A stretch of DNA of 64,000 bases from Methanobacteriota archaeon (GCA_002730095.1 PBZE01000050.1:6258-70257); one strand, 5' to 3'; shown: positions 9,055-18,618, counted from the first letter of the stretch. Translations and numbers: made by a program. The notes: a model not told the origin generated them from the sequence alone.

Positions 9055-10623
9055 ATGGAAGAGTCAGAAGAAGTAAACAATGATTTGGAAGATCTAGCAG
9101 ACGATCTCTCGGGGATAGCGCCACCAGCGCCTTCTGTTCCAGTATCTAATATTCCCAATTCCGACAGTAGCTGGATGGACGATGACCTAAGGTCAAAAGA
9201 GTCAAGCCTTCTTAGGATAGACAGGCTTCTAGTTAGTGGTGGTGCTAGACTCGTATTATTCCTCCCTCTTCTGGCAGTTATGTTATTGGGGGCAGCACAG
9301 TCATATGGCGCCAATGACACTGAGTGGTGGAATGAGACATTGAGAGATGCCGCAGGCGGACTCTCTCTGGTCAAAACCACATATGTGGCTGCACTCCTAA
9401 TTTTGATTGCAGATGTATTCCTACTAACTATCCTTCTGAGAATGATGACATACACTAGGACAATCTTCCACCATGAGGCAGATGCTCTCACATCCTCGGG
9501 TCTGACTTTCAGAAGTACGCATGGTTATGCTGAAATGAGGGCGACAATCGATGGCTCAATCAGGCAAATTACAGCGACTTCATCATTGATTGTCATTTCA
9601 TCAATCCTACTAGCTCTCTCTATGGGGTTCCCCTCGGGAGACGAAGAGGTAAGCCCAGTATTACTCGCACTTTCAACCGGTTCTCTTCTTGCGGGCCATG
9701 GAGTTCAACTAATTTCTGTCCGGTCTAGATATAATGCTTCAGAGCCCTGGGGAATGCTCGAGGCATTTTCGCCACCAATCCACCCAGCACTTCTAAGTAG
9801 GCCATTTAATGATGTAATCAAAGCACATATTGATCCATTGTTGGGGATCAGGATTACTGAGTATCTGAAGACAGTTAGGTCAGAACTAATGGAGGGATGC
9901 ATAATGTCAGAATTACAAGAGTCACTATTGCTACTTCTTCACCTTCGGAGATCATCCTTGATTTCCGAGTCCGAGTTCAGAACTAAACTAGCTACAATGG
10001 TGGAGCCAACAGCTATTGATGGACTTTTCAGACATCCCGAGGTCGGCGAAGAGACATGGGACAGGCTCCTGCAACATGCTAGGAGCCAGTGCAAACCATT
10101 CTTCAGACTGCATGATAGAATGAGGATGAGGAGGGGAATAAGCAGTTCTGATGGAGGATTTTGGTTTGATGTGGATATGGAGAATCTCGTCGTCGGACAA
10201 GCCAATCTTTTCGCATTTATCCTGAATTCGGGCGATGAATCAAAAGACCTAGTACTCAAAGTTCAGACTCCCGATTTCAAGCCAAATGAATGTGTTTATC
10301 GTTTACGCTCTGAACCATTCAAAATGAACTCAGATCCTCTAAATCCGCCTCTTCTTTCGTCAATGATCCAAGAAATGACGAATAGTACTAGCATCGTTTG
10401 GCAGAGCCTCCTCCCGTCCATCAAGGGAGAGGCCACGGTAACCGTAAGGCTCGAGGACGATTCTGGAAATCTGATATCAGGACGGGTTCTGAATGTCCAA
10501 GTTGGAAGTGACCTAATAACGCGAACGAGAAGGTCCGTAGGCGCGATGTTCATGATTGGAGCATTAATCGCAATCATGTCTCCCTTACTTCCATTTGCAG
10601 GCTCTGTATTGGGACTACTCTGA
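9055..10623 (+). CDS. Hypothetical polytopic membrane protein
   Basis: About 4 N-terminal TM segments, a soluble helical plus beta-rich domain and a C-terminal TM. Starts 1 nt after the DtxR stop. Confidence 0.75.
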   Translation: MEESEEVNNDLEDLADDLSGIAPPAPSVPVSNIPNSDSSWMDDDLRSKESSLLRIDRLLVSGGARLVLFLPLLAVMLLGAAQSYGANDTEWWNETLRDAAGGLSLVKTTYVAALLILIADVFLLTILLRMMTYTRTIFHHEADALTSSGLTFRSTHGYAEMRATIDGSIRQITATSSLIVISSILLALSMGFPSGDEEVSPVLLALSTGSLLAGHGVQLISVRSRYNASEPWGMLEAFSPPIHPALLSRPFNDVIKAHIDPLLGIRITEYLKTVRSELMEGCIMSELQESLLLLLHLRRSSLISESEFRTKLATMVEPTAIDGLFRHPEVGEETWDRLLQHARSQCKPFFRLHDRMRMRRGISSSDGGFWFDVDMENLVVGQANLFAFILNSGDESKDLVLKVQTPDFKPNECVYRLRSEPFKMNSDPLNPPLLSSMIQEMTNSTSIVWQSLLPSIKGEATVTVRLEDDSGNLISGRVLNVQVGSDLITRTRRSVGAMFMIGALIAIMSPLLPFAGSVLGLL

Positions 10624-10661
10624 TGAGTTCCATTCAATAACAGCTCCCTTCTCCCGAAACT

Positions 10662-11663
10662 GTGAATGATGACGAACCAAGTCCTGATGATGATCTGAAA
10701 ACCAGGCTTCATGCAATGGAAGCAAGACTCAGAAGAATGAGGGATCAGAGAACCTCGCATAACGAGGACGCTAGGAGGGCTGCAGATTCTAGGAATTCTG
10801 TTCAAGAACAATCGAAGGAAATTAGAGCTTCAATTCAGGAGAAAATGAATGAGCAGAAAGAGGTCCGAGCTAGGGCAAAGGCCCATCAGGTCCAGAGAGA
10901 TGCCATCCAGTCAAGGATTAGGGAGATAATCAATAGTAAGAAAGGCAGAAGAAATGAGGCTGGAAAGGCCAAATCCGATGTAATAGAACTCTCCGAAGCA
11001 ATAGCAGAGATATCCAGTATCGAGAACAAATTGATGACAGATGGCACATTAACACTCAAAACAGAGAATAGACTACTACGAAAGCTGAAGGTTCTTGCAT
11101 CTAGGAGAGACGAACTCCTCCCAAAGGCAGCAGAATTTGAAGCAATAAATATCGACTTGGGAGATTTAGAAAGTACAATTCAAACCCTCAAAGCGGAAGC
11201 TGACTCACAGCACCAGGAGATGATCCGGGCGCATGAACAAGCCGATTCAATATGGGAGGAGGTGAAGCCCATGTTGGAAGAAAGGGACTTCCTTAGGTCC
11301 GAAGGTGATAGATTGCACTTGATCTTTGTAGAGTCAAAAGAACTAGCCAATGCAGTACATGCTGAGATTGAAATTTTGCTGAAAGAGGTCAATGAGGCTA
11401 GAGACGAGATGAAGGCCAGGAGGGAGGAGAGGGCCCGAGTTATCAGGGAGCACAATGAGTCTGTTAGAAATGCACTGAAGACCCCAGATAAAGATGAGAC
11501 ACTCGCAGAGTCTCTGACCGATAGACTTCTGTCAGAGGGCTCGTTAACTCTTGGGGGGTCAATGTCAGGCGACCCACAAGCATCCCCAAACGCGATTTCG
11601 TCGCAGCCTAGTAAAAGAAAGAGATCTAGGAAAGTGGGATCATTTAGGAAGCCTAGGAGATAG
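10662..11663 (+). CDS. Archaeal coiled-coil protein (COG1340-like), paralog 4
   Basis: IENKLMTDGTLTLKTENRLL hinge, C-terminal RLLSEGSLTLG and basic tail. TTCAAT box at -29. Confidence 0.85.
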   Translation: MNDDEPSPDDDLKTRLHAMEARLRRMRDQRTSHNEDARRAADSRNSVQEQSKEIRASIQEKMNEQKEVRARAKAHQVQRDAIQSRIREIINSKKGRRNEAGKAKSDVIELSEAIAEISSIENKLMTDGTLTLKTENRLLRKLKVLASRRDELLPKAAEFEAINIDLGDLESTIQTLKAEADSQHQEMIRAHEQADSIWEEVKPMLEERDFLRSEGDRLHLIFVESKELANAVHAEIEILLKEVNEARDEMKARREERARVIREHNESVRNALKTPDKDETLAESLTDRLLSEGSLTLGGSMSGDPQASPNAISSQPSKRKRSRKVGSFRKPRR

Positions 11664-11664
11664 C

Positions 11665-12669
11665 TTACCAGCCTCTCTCTTCGAGCCTAACTTCCAAGCT
11701 CTCAATCTCAAGGCCCGGCATCGCCTCTCCTATCATCGAGCATGCTTCAGAAACCACTCCCGGATCATTATAGTGGTGTGTTGCAAGGACTATCGCTTCT
11801 GCAGTATTGGCTGGATCTGAACTCTTAAAAATTCCAGATCCAACGAATATTCCATCCATCCCGCTACTCATCATTAGAGCGGCATCAGCAGGTGTGGCGA
11901 TTCCGCCGGCGGAGAATGTGACAACGGGCAAGCGTCCGATTCTAGCAACATCTTCCAATACCGAACCAACCTCCGCTCTAACTTCCTCCATTGTTCCAAA
12001 TGGGGTCTCTCCATGTGGTAGTTTCTCCTGAGATAGTTCAAATGATGAAGACCTACCAATTCTCTGAAAACCTTCCATAATGATATCGACCATATTTTCT
12101 CTGCCATCTTTCCCGACCGCTTGGGCATGAGCAATCTCGGCAGTCACCAATCTTGCATGCTGGACTGCGCTGACTACGTTCCCGGTCCCCGCTTCGCCCT
12201 TTGTTCTAATCATTGCAGCACCCTCAGAAATTCTCCTGACGGCTTCACCAAGATTTGTGCACCCACACACGAAAGGAATGGTGAAATCCTTCTTGGGAAT
12301 GTGGAAGAATGGATCAGCAGGAGTCAAGACTTCAGACTCATCTATCATATCGACTCCCAAACTCTCCAGTACTCTGGCTTCTCCATCGTGTCCAATCCTC
12401 GCCTTCGCCATTACTGGAATACTCGTTGTCTCAATGATCTCTTGAATCATTTTCGGATGGCTCATTCTGGCAACGCCTCCCATTGCCCTAATGTCCGCCG
12501 GAACCCTCTCTAGTGCCATCACAGAAACCGCTCCAGCATCTTCAGCGATATGCGCCTCCTCGGGCGTCACCACGTCCATTACAACTCCTCCTTCCTGCAT
12601 TTTGGCAAAACCTCTCTTCAGAAGCTCGGTGCCATAACGCATCTCTGTCAAGTCAAGCGTGCCACTCAT
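11665..12669 (-). CDS. pdxS: Pyridoxal 5'-phosphate synthase lyase subunit
   Basis: [49 protein letters not shown]-terminal EERGW. Confidence 0.97.
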   Translation of the reverse strand: MSGTLDLTEMRYGTELLKRGFAKMQEGGVVMDVVTPEEAHIAEDAGAVSVMALERVPADIRAMGGVARMSHPKMIQEIIETTSIPVMAKARIGHDGEARVLESLGVDMIDESEVLTPADPFFHIPKKDFTIPFVCGCTNLGEAVRRISEGAAMIRTKGEAGTGNVVSAVQHARLVTAEIAHAQAVGKDGRENMVDIIMEGFQRIGRSSSFELSQEKLPHGETPFGTMEEVRAEVGSVLEDVARIGRLPVVTFSAGGIATPADAALMMSSGMDGIFVGSGIFKSSDPANTAEAIVLATHHYNDPGVVSEACSMIGEAMPGLEIESLEVRLEERGW

Positions 12670-12722
12670 GGACTTCGCTACGGATATCTACTCATGAACC
12701 TATGTAAGAAGAATATTAACAA

Positions 12723-12995
12723 TCAGGCAAGAACCGGAGAGTCACCTTCAGCAACTGGTAAATCTGGTGCCTCCTCTTCATTCCTGTCTAGCCATGCTTC
12801 ATGCTCATCTGGCAAATCAGTATCTGCAAATATGGCCTCGACAGGACACTCAGCGACACAGGCAGCACAATCAATACACTCATCCGGATCTATGACTAAG
12901 TAAGTATCAGCTTCTCTGAATGCCTCGACCGGACAAACGGCTACACAGTCCTGATACTTGTGGTCAACACAAGCGTCTGTAACTACATGAGTCAT
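12723..12995 (-). CDS. fdxA: 7Fe-type ([3Fe-4S]+[4Fe-4S]) ferredoxin
   Basis: CVDHKYQDCVAVCPV and CIDCAACVAECPVEAI, the Azotobacter FdI-like pattern. Confidence 0.9.
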   Translation of the reverse strand: MTHVVTDACVDHKYQDCVAVCPVEAFREADTYLVIDPDECIDCAACVAECPVEAIFADTDLPDEHEAWLDRNEEEAPDLPVAEGDSPVLA

Positions 12996-13047
12996 GTAAA
13001 TTCGGATATAATAGGGGCATATAATTGCTTGTTATTGAATAAAAATT

Positions 13048-13063
13048 TTTAGGTTAGCCTAAA
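13048..13063. promoter_or_regulatory. Putative DtxR/MntR-family operator TTTAGG-TTAG-CCTAAA upstream of the ferredoxin promoter
   Basis: Perfect 6-bp inverted repeat matching the TTAGG-N4-CCTAA core of DtxR-family boxes, in an AT-rich intergenic region. Confidence 0.65.
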
Positions 13064-13101
13064 CCAATTGAACCCTCGGCCTTAATCATATTTATCAAGA
13101 A

Positions 13102-13533
13102 TTAAGTCATGCTTCTAACTAAATCCGTAATAATCTCAAGATGATTATCTCCAGGATAGGACTCTATCTTGAAAGTGCCCTTAACTGATGCCTCATTAGC
13201 TCCCAATTTGGACAACTTTACTTCTCCTCTGACAAGTCCCGAAAGAGATATTCTGACATGAAGATTTTTTTCATCATCTATTCTCATATCCAATCCGTCT
13301 TTTAATAGATCCCTATGTACTTCCTCTCCAAGCCTCTTCAGGCAATTCATTGCCATCTTCTTACGATTCAATCTAACTGAACCAATGTTCATTACAGGGC
13401 CATGGAAAGACCTATCTTTCGACCATACCACACAATCTTTTGTATCACAGAGCCAATCTAGTGAATCTCCAATCAACTTCAGATCGTCCAAGGCCGTTGC
13501 GTGTACTCGCCACTCGGCCCTAAGTACTCCCAT
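13102..13533 (-). CDS. Archaeal RNA-binding protein (COG1325-like, exosome-associated family)
   Basis: VHATALDD..., FHGP, RIDDEKNLHVRI, KIESYP. Start reassigned to ATG 13533. Confidence 0.7.
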   Translation of the reverse strand: MGVLRAEWRVHATALDDLKLIGDSLDWLCDTKDCVVWSKDRSFHGPVMNIGSVRLNRKKMAMNCLKRLGEEVHRDLLKDGLDMRIDDEKNLHVRISLSGLVRGEVKLSKLGANEASVKGTFKIESYPGDNHLEIITDLVRSMT

Positions 13534-13659
13534 GATTCTGGGAGGGGGAGGCAATTCATAGTCACTTACCAAGGCCAGCATAGTTAGGGCCTGTTTCAAA
13601 TACTATGTGTAGGTCGCAGGGCTGCAAACGGGGAAGCCCCCGATGATGAGGTCGTTGTA

Positions 13660-14523
13660 ATGGCAAAGGGAGCAAAGGCAAGAGCAGCGGCACGCAGGCA
13701 GAGGGACAAGTGGAAGTCCAAGAGATGGTATTCTATTAGGGCCCCCAGAAATCCATGGTCATTCAGAATCATTGGAGAGACTCTTGCAGAAGAGCCAGAA
13801 ATGCTCATTGGGAGGAACTATGAGATTATGCAGAATGAGCTTGATGGTGACTTTTCAAAGATGCATGTTAAGATTAGATTCAGAGTCACAGAAGTTCTCG
13901 GCAATGATGCCATAACAGAATTCATCGGACATCAAATGATGCAGGACCATGTAAGAAGGCAGGTAAGAAGGGATAGGGGAAAAATCGACGATACCGTTGA
14001 TGTAGTCACAGAAGACGGATTCTATGTCAGATTCAAACCACTAATACTCACTAGAGAAAGGGTCAAGTCAAGTCAGAAAAATGAGATCAGGGCCATTGCC
14101 AGGGATTCTATCTTGAAGGCAGGAGCATCTTCGACATGGGTCGCAATACAGAAATCAGTAATGGACGGGGAGCTTGAGGCCATGATTAAGGAAGAGGCAT
14201 CAAAAATCAGCCCAATTAGGATGGTAATGATCAGAAGAACACAACTTATCCAATCGGGAGTCACGATAAACGATGGCCCTACTCTCGAGCAAATTAAGGC
14301 ACAGGAAGAGGCAGATAAGGAATCCAAAGAAGAACTAGAAGACTCTGATGTTGACGAGGATATGGATGATGTCGAAGGGCCAGAGGAAATCTTGGATGAA
14401 GAAGACGGAGATTCTGCCGACTATGAAAATATGACAGTACCTGAGCTGAAAGCGATCCTCAAAGAAGCAGGAAAGCCGGTCTCTGGTAAGAAAGCGGATT
14501 TAATCTCCAGAATTTTGGAGTGA
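13660..14523 (+). CDS. rps3ae: 30S ribosomal protein S3Ae with acidic linker and C-terminal SAP domain
   Basis: DKWKSKRWYSIRAP, GDFSKMHVK, VVTEDG. C-terminal MTVPELKAILKEAGKPVSGKKADLISRI. Confidence 0.95.
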   Translation: MAKGAKARAAARRQRDKWKSKRWYSIRAPRNPWSFRIIGETLAEEPEMLIGRNYEIMQNELDGDFSKMHVKIRFRVTEVLGNDAITEFIGHQMMQDHVRRQVRRDRGKIDDTVDVVTEDGFYVRFKPLILTRERVKSSQKNEIRAIARDSILKAGASSTWVAIQKSVMDGELEAMIKEEASKISPIRMVMIRRTQLIQSGVTINDGPTLEQIKAQEEADKESKEELEDSDVDEDMDDVEGPEEILDEEDGDSADYENMTVPELKAILKEAGKPVSGKKADLISRILE

Positions 14524-14527
14524 TCTG

Positions 14528-15301
14528 ATGTCCCGCATTGCGGTGATTTGCGGCACTGGTATGAGTGACTTATCACTGGAATTTGATACAATAGAACCGA
14601 ACTCATCCGTCAGGATAGAAACTAACTGGGGCGAAGTCCCTGTCACTCTTTCTAAACTCAGTGAAGGTTCTGTAGCCATACTGGATAGGCATCATTCATC
14701 GGGAAGAAATAGGACTCCCCCGCATATGATTGAGCACAGGGCAAATGTAATGGCCATAGAGAGCCTAAAACCAGATATCATCGTTAGCATAAATTCTGTT
14801 GGATCCATGAGGAAAGACATGCCCCCTGGAATAATTGGAGTAACTTCAGATGTTTTGGATTTAGCAGTTAAGCCGTGGACTTTCTACGATGAGAATGCAG
14901 TTCACTATGACAGAACATCGATTTTTGATGATCAATGTTCTGGTATTTGCACAAGGTCATTGTCTTCATCTCAGGGTTTTTCTCCTGCAGGAGTAATAGT
15001 TGCACAATGCGTAGGGCCACAGTTCGAATCTCCTTCTGAGATTATTGCTCTAGAAAAACTCGGAGCAGATACAGTTGGCATGACACTCGGCCCGGAGAGT
15101 AGACTAATCTCTGAAATCGGAACTCCTTATGTTGCTCTGGCATGTTCCTCTAACTGGGCAGCTGGAAAGGACCCCAGGGATCCCAAAGCAAACATTGACC
15201 ACCACTCAGTAGATAAATTAGCTTCGACAATGAGGTCACGAATATCAGAATGTATTACTTCTCTACTCACTGAATATCGCATCCATCAATCTCAAAGTTG
15301 A
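14528..15301 (+). CDS. Methylthioadenosine phosphorylase / PNP family nucleoside phosphorylase
   Basis: IAVICGTG, RH..PPHMI.HRAN, SVGS, GPQFES..E, VGMT..PE, NWAAG. Confidence 0.9.
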   Translation: MSRIAVICGTGMSDLSLEFDTIEPNSSVRIETNWGEVPVTLSKLSEGSVAILDRHHSSGRNRTPPHMIEHRANVMAIESLKPDIIVSINSVGSMRKDMPPGIIGVTSDVLDLAVKPWTFYDENAVHYDRTSIFDDQCSGICTRSLSSSQGFSPAGVIVAQCVGPQFESPSEIIALEKLGADTVGMTLGPESRLISEIGTPYVALACSSNWAAGKDPRDPKANIDHHSVDKLASTMRSRISECITSLLTEYRIHQSQS

Positions 15302-15326
15302 TTTCTATCCCGTTACTAGGGCCACC

Positions 15327-15719
15327 ATGGGCAGAAAGACTTGTGTTGAAGATTGGGTATCCGAAGACGTTTCTTTGATACCGGACGGATCATGGGAGAC
15401 GATGATGATAAGGGTGGCTAACTTCCATGACAAACACTCATTCAGCAACTCTGAAAATAACGGTCACGATATGGGGTATAGGATAGCACTAACTGTGGAG
15501 GAACTAGGGGAGCTATCCGCGGCTATTACCAAGGGAAAGCCCAAATCAGAGGCTGCAGAGGAGCTTGCGGATTTACTAATTCTCATTCTTGGACATTCTT
15601 TGGCTATGCAGGTCGATCTGGAATCACAGTTTCATAACAAAATGGACAAGATCATGAAGAGAGAGTCAAGAAGGGGCGGACTGGGAATAAGAGTTACTGA
15701 GTACAAGGATCAGGGCTAA
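15327..15719 (+). CDS. MazG-like nucleotide pyrophosphohydrolase
   Basis: EELGEL and EELADLL motifs. Confidence 0.85.
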   Translation: MGRKTCVEDWVSEDVSLIPDGSWETMMIRVANFHDKHSFSNSENNGHDMGYRIALTVEELGELSAAITKGKPKSEAAEELADLLILILGHSLAMQVDLESQFHNKMDKIMKRESRRGGLGIRVTEYKDQG

Positions 15720-16783
15720 CCATCGACAAGCTTCTCTAGCTGAGGAGTACTTAGCTGAATGCCATATTCATCTTGCAAGTCATATGCAGCCATATTGATG
15801 GAATTTCTAACCAATAGCAGTTGGTAAGGCCTCTCCAAGACGTAAGTAAGTCTCCAAATAACGGCATTATTCGAGTTTTCCCTGATGGTAATTTTTGGCT
15901 CCCTCAGTGCGTCAAGTGAAGAGCTGGAATTTGAAACCGCATTATATACAGCGTTTAGATAATCCTTGACATCACTACTGGGAATCCCATATCCAATGTG
16001 AAACTCAACAAAATCCTTGAAGGGGCCCCCTTTAGATTTCCTCAGGTAATCAGTCCTATATTGTAGAAGGTTGTAATTCGGAATCTCTATGTCATGTCCC
16101 TGAGCTAGATCCCTTATCCTAGTCTGTAGGCCCCTAATTTCTAAGATAATCCCAAGAATACCAGCTTCGGGTATCGAGATAACATCACCCCTCTTTGCAC
16201 TATTTCCCCCGATGACCAGTATCCCACTCAAAAAGTCCCTCAACCAGTAGTCCTTGGTAGTGAAAACTATCAATGCAAGGAAGCCGATAACTCCGGTAGT
16301 CTCCAGCAGCCCAGTAATTTCCCAGACGTTGATTAGCCCGATAATAACAGTCATTACTATGACAGAAAATGCAACCAATTCCAGAGTTCTAGACGTAGGG
16401 GTCTCTACTTTTCTGGAAACTCCCATGACCTCTATGTCTTCTCCATATTTTGAGAGAAGTAAAGCCTCTATTGCATTGAAAATTAGGTATGATGCTAGAA
16501 GTGTAAGAGAGGTCCTGCTGACTTCATCGGCAGGAAACCCTTCGTCTACAAGAACTATGGAAGCGATGAAAGAAATAAAAACCAAAAGATTGAATCCATG
16601 CAGTAATCTAGTCCTTGACTTGATAGTGTCTTCGTCAATGTCTCTGTGATGTGACACAATGCTATTGGAGAAAAAATACACAAATATGTTGAATGCGAAT
16701 GTAAAATATTCAATTCCAGTTAGGTCTGCCAACCTCTCTGTTAGGATCACATACAAGTCACTCATATACAAGCCATCGGACAT
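15716..16783 (-). CDS. Small-conductance mechanosensitive channel (MscS family)
   Basis: TM segments, DFLSGI...GDVI..., IEIPN, cytoplasmic vestibule domain. Confidence 0.85.
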   Translation of the reverse strand: MSDGLYMSDLYVILTERLADLTGIEYFTFAFNIFVYFFSNSIVSHHRDIDEDTIKSRTRLLHGFNLLVFISFIASIVLVDEGFPADEVSRTSLTLLASYLIFNAIEALLLSKYGEDIEVMGVSRKVETPTSRTLELVAFSVIVMTVIIGLINVWEITGLLETTGVIGFLALIVFTTKDYWLRDFLSGILVIGGNSAKRGDVISIPEAGILGIILEIRGLQTRIRDLAQGHDIEIPNYNLLQYRTDYLRKSKGGPFKDFVEFHIGYGIPSSDVKDYLNAVYNAVSNSSSSLDALREPKITIRENSNNAVIWRLTYVLERPYQLLLVRNSINMAAYDLQDEYGIQLSTPQLEKLVDG

Positions 16784-16802
16784 TAATGAATTAAGATATT
16801 GC

Positions 16803-17264
16803 CTATTTTCGTAAACTCAAGCCGTCCTTCAAGGAATCAACAGAAACTCCAGAAATCCATAAACTAATAGCAATCCCACCAATTTGTAACAACAACCGGA
16901 CAATATTACCGGTCTCAGATAGTGATTCTCCCCCTCCCAGCTCGACGTCATAAATCCACATGTATAGATTGGCGGGATAGAGGGCTACCAGTAGTATTGC
17001 ACTCGAGATACCAGCTCTTTGACTGTAGTAGGTACCGCGATCAAATATAATCTCAAAGCCGGAAACAATAAGCCCCAATCCTACTAATATCTCTGCCAGT
17101 CCGCTAATTATCACCCAAAATCTCGGACTCCCAAATATTGGTGGAACAATGGGTTCAAACCATTCGGTGTCAGTAAAGTGACGCACGCCCACATAAAAAA
17201 AGAAACAACCCCCAATTATTGCCGAAATCCCCTTCATGATATTAACAACAATGTAAGAATCCAT
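16803..17264 (-). CDS. DoxX family membrane protein
   Basis: GVRHF...IVPP...SGLAEI...ALYPANLYM...RLLLQ pattern. Confidence 0.8.
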   Translation of the reverse strand: MDSYIVVNIMKGISAIIGGCFFFYVGVRHFTDTEWFEPIVPPIFGSPRFWVIISGLAEILVGLGLIVSGFEIIFDRGTYYSQRAGISSAILLVALYPANLYMWIYDVELGGGESLSETGNIVRLLLQIGGIAISLWISGVSVDSLKDGLSLRK

Positions 17265-17774
17265 TTACTTCCGCTTCCATATTGAATATGTCGTCCTGAA
17301 CTCGTTCTTATCATCAATCTCAGTCTCTTCTACCTTCGCCTCGGACCAATTTTCTCTATCCCAATCAGGGAAAATTACGCTTCCGCTATTTGAGGTATGT
17401 ACGGTAGTAACATGAATTTCGCTTACATGTTCTAGAAACATTCCGTAGATTTGGCCTCCGCCAATTATCCAACATTCTTCGCATCCGTCCGCATATGCAA
17501 TCTCTATTGCTCTTCCTGGGTATAATGCACTTTCAGCTTCTTCATGTTCCCAACTGGTGTCCCTTGACATGACAATATTGAGCCTTTCAGGTAGTGGCCT
17601 GAATGAATCAGGCAAAGAATCCCATGTCTTCCTGCCCATGATTACCGCGTTGAATCCGTCACCTTCGGTAAGCTTCTTGAATCTAGAAAGATCATGGGAA
17701 AGCCTCCAAGGAAGATCACCCCCATTTCCAATAATGCCACTTTCATCCATAGCTACAATCATAGAAATTTTCAT
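17265..17774 (-). CDS. folA: Dihydrofolate reductase
   Basis: IIGNGGDLPW, VIMGRKTWDS, RPLPERLNIV, IIGGGQIY. Confidence 0.96.
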   Translation of the reverse strand: MKISMIVAMDESGIIGNGGDLPWRLSHDLSRFKKLTEGDGFNAVIMGRKTWDSLPDSFRPLPERLNIVMSRDTSWEHEEAESALYPGRAIEIAYADGCEECWIIGGGQIYGMFLEHVSEIHVTTVHTSNSGSVIFPDWDRENWSEAKVEETEIDDKNEFRTTYSIWKRK

Positions 17775-17783
17775 CTTTATACC

Positions 17784-18578
17784 TCAGACAGAAATTGGAG
17801 CCGGTATATGCGGATGATGTTGATAATTTTCAATCTCTATGCAAGAATAATCAAAATCATCAATTGATAGGATATCATCTCTAAGTTTCAGGGTGGGTAG
17901 GGGCAAAGGATCTCTACTGACCTGCTCCTTAGCTTGCTCTATATGGTTGTTGTAAAGGTGGCAATCTCCCCCGGTCCAAATGAACTCTCCAGGCTCCAAA
18001 CCACAAACTTGGGCCATCATATAAGTTAGAAGGCTGTAAGATGAGATATTGAAAGGCACGCCCAAGAAGGCATCCGCACTCCTCTGATATAGTTGACAGG
18101 ATAACCTCCCGTCATTGACATAGAATTGGAAGAAAGCATGACACGGCATTAGAGCCATCTTTTCTAGCTCTCCAACATTCCAAGCTGAAACAATAATCCT
18201 TCTGCTATTGGGATTTTTCTTAATCATCTCTACGGCATTATTAATCTGATCAACTACGTCTCCATCGGTTGTCTCCCACTTCCTCCATTGTTTCCCGTAA
18301 ACCGGGCCAAGATCCCCATTTTCATCGGCCCATTCATTCCATATCCTAACACCATTATTTTGTAAGTATCCGACATTGGTTTCACCCGAAAGGAACCATA
18401 GTAACTCATGCACCACGCTCGGCCAATGAATCTTCTTTGTTGTCACTGCAGGAAGGCCTTTAGATAAGTCAAACCTCATCTGATGACCAAAAATCGAAAT
18501 TGTCCCCGTACCGGTACGATCTCCCTTCGGAGCCCCTTCGTCTAGGATGCGGCTCAGGAAGTCCAAGTACTGCTGCAT
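17784..18578 (-). CDS. thyA: Thymidylate synthase (bacterial-type)
   Basis: [41 protein letters not shown]. Start reassigned to ATG 18578 (MQQY). Confidence 0.97.
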   Translation of the reverse strand: MQQYLDFLSRILDEGAPKGDRTGTGTISIFGHQMRFDLSKGLPAVTTKKIHWPSVVHELLWFLSGETNVGYLQNNGVRIWNEWADENGDLGPVYGKQWRKWETTDGDVVDQINNAVEMIKKNPNSRRIIVSAWNVGELEKMALMPCHAFFQFYVNDGRLSCQLYQRSADAFLGVPFNISSYSLLTYMMAQVCGLEPGEFIWTGGDCHLYNNHIEQAKEQVSRDPLPLPTLKLRDDILSIDDFDYSCIEIENYQHHPHIPAPISV

Positions 18579-18618
18579 GAGCCCACGTATGGATGACAGT
18601 CCTTCAAGGATGCGGAGA

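Noticed and set aside
11940..12130. Insertion of about 35 aa in PdxS
   Set aside because: Comparable insertions are known in other euryarchaeal PdxS proteins, and there are no intein motifs.
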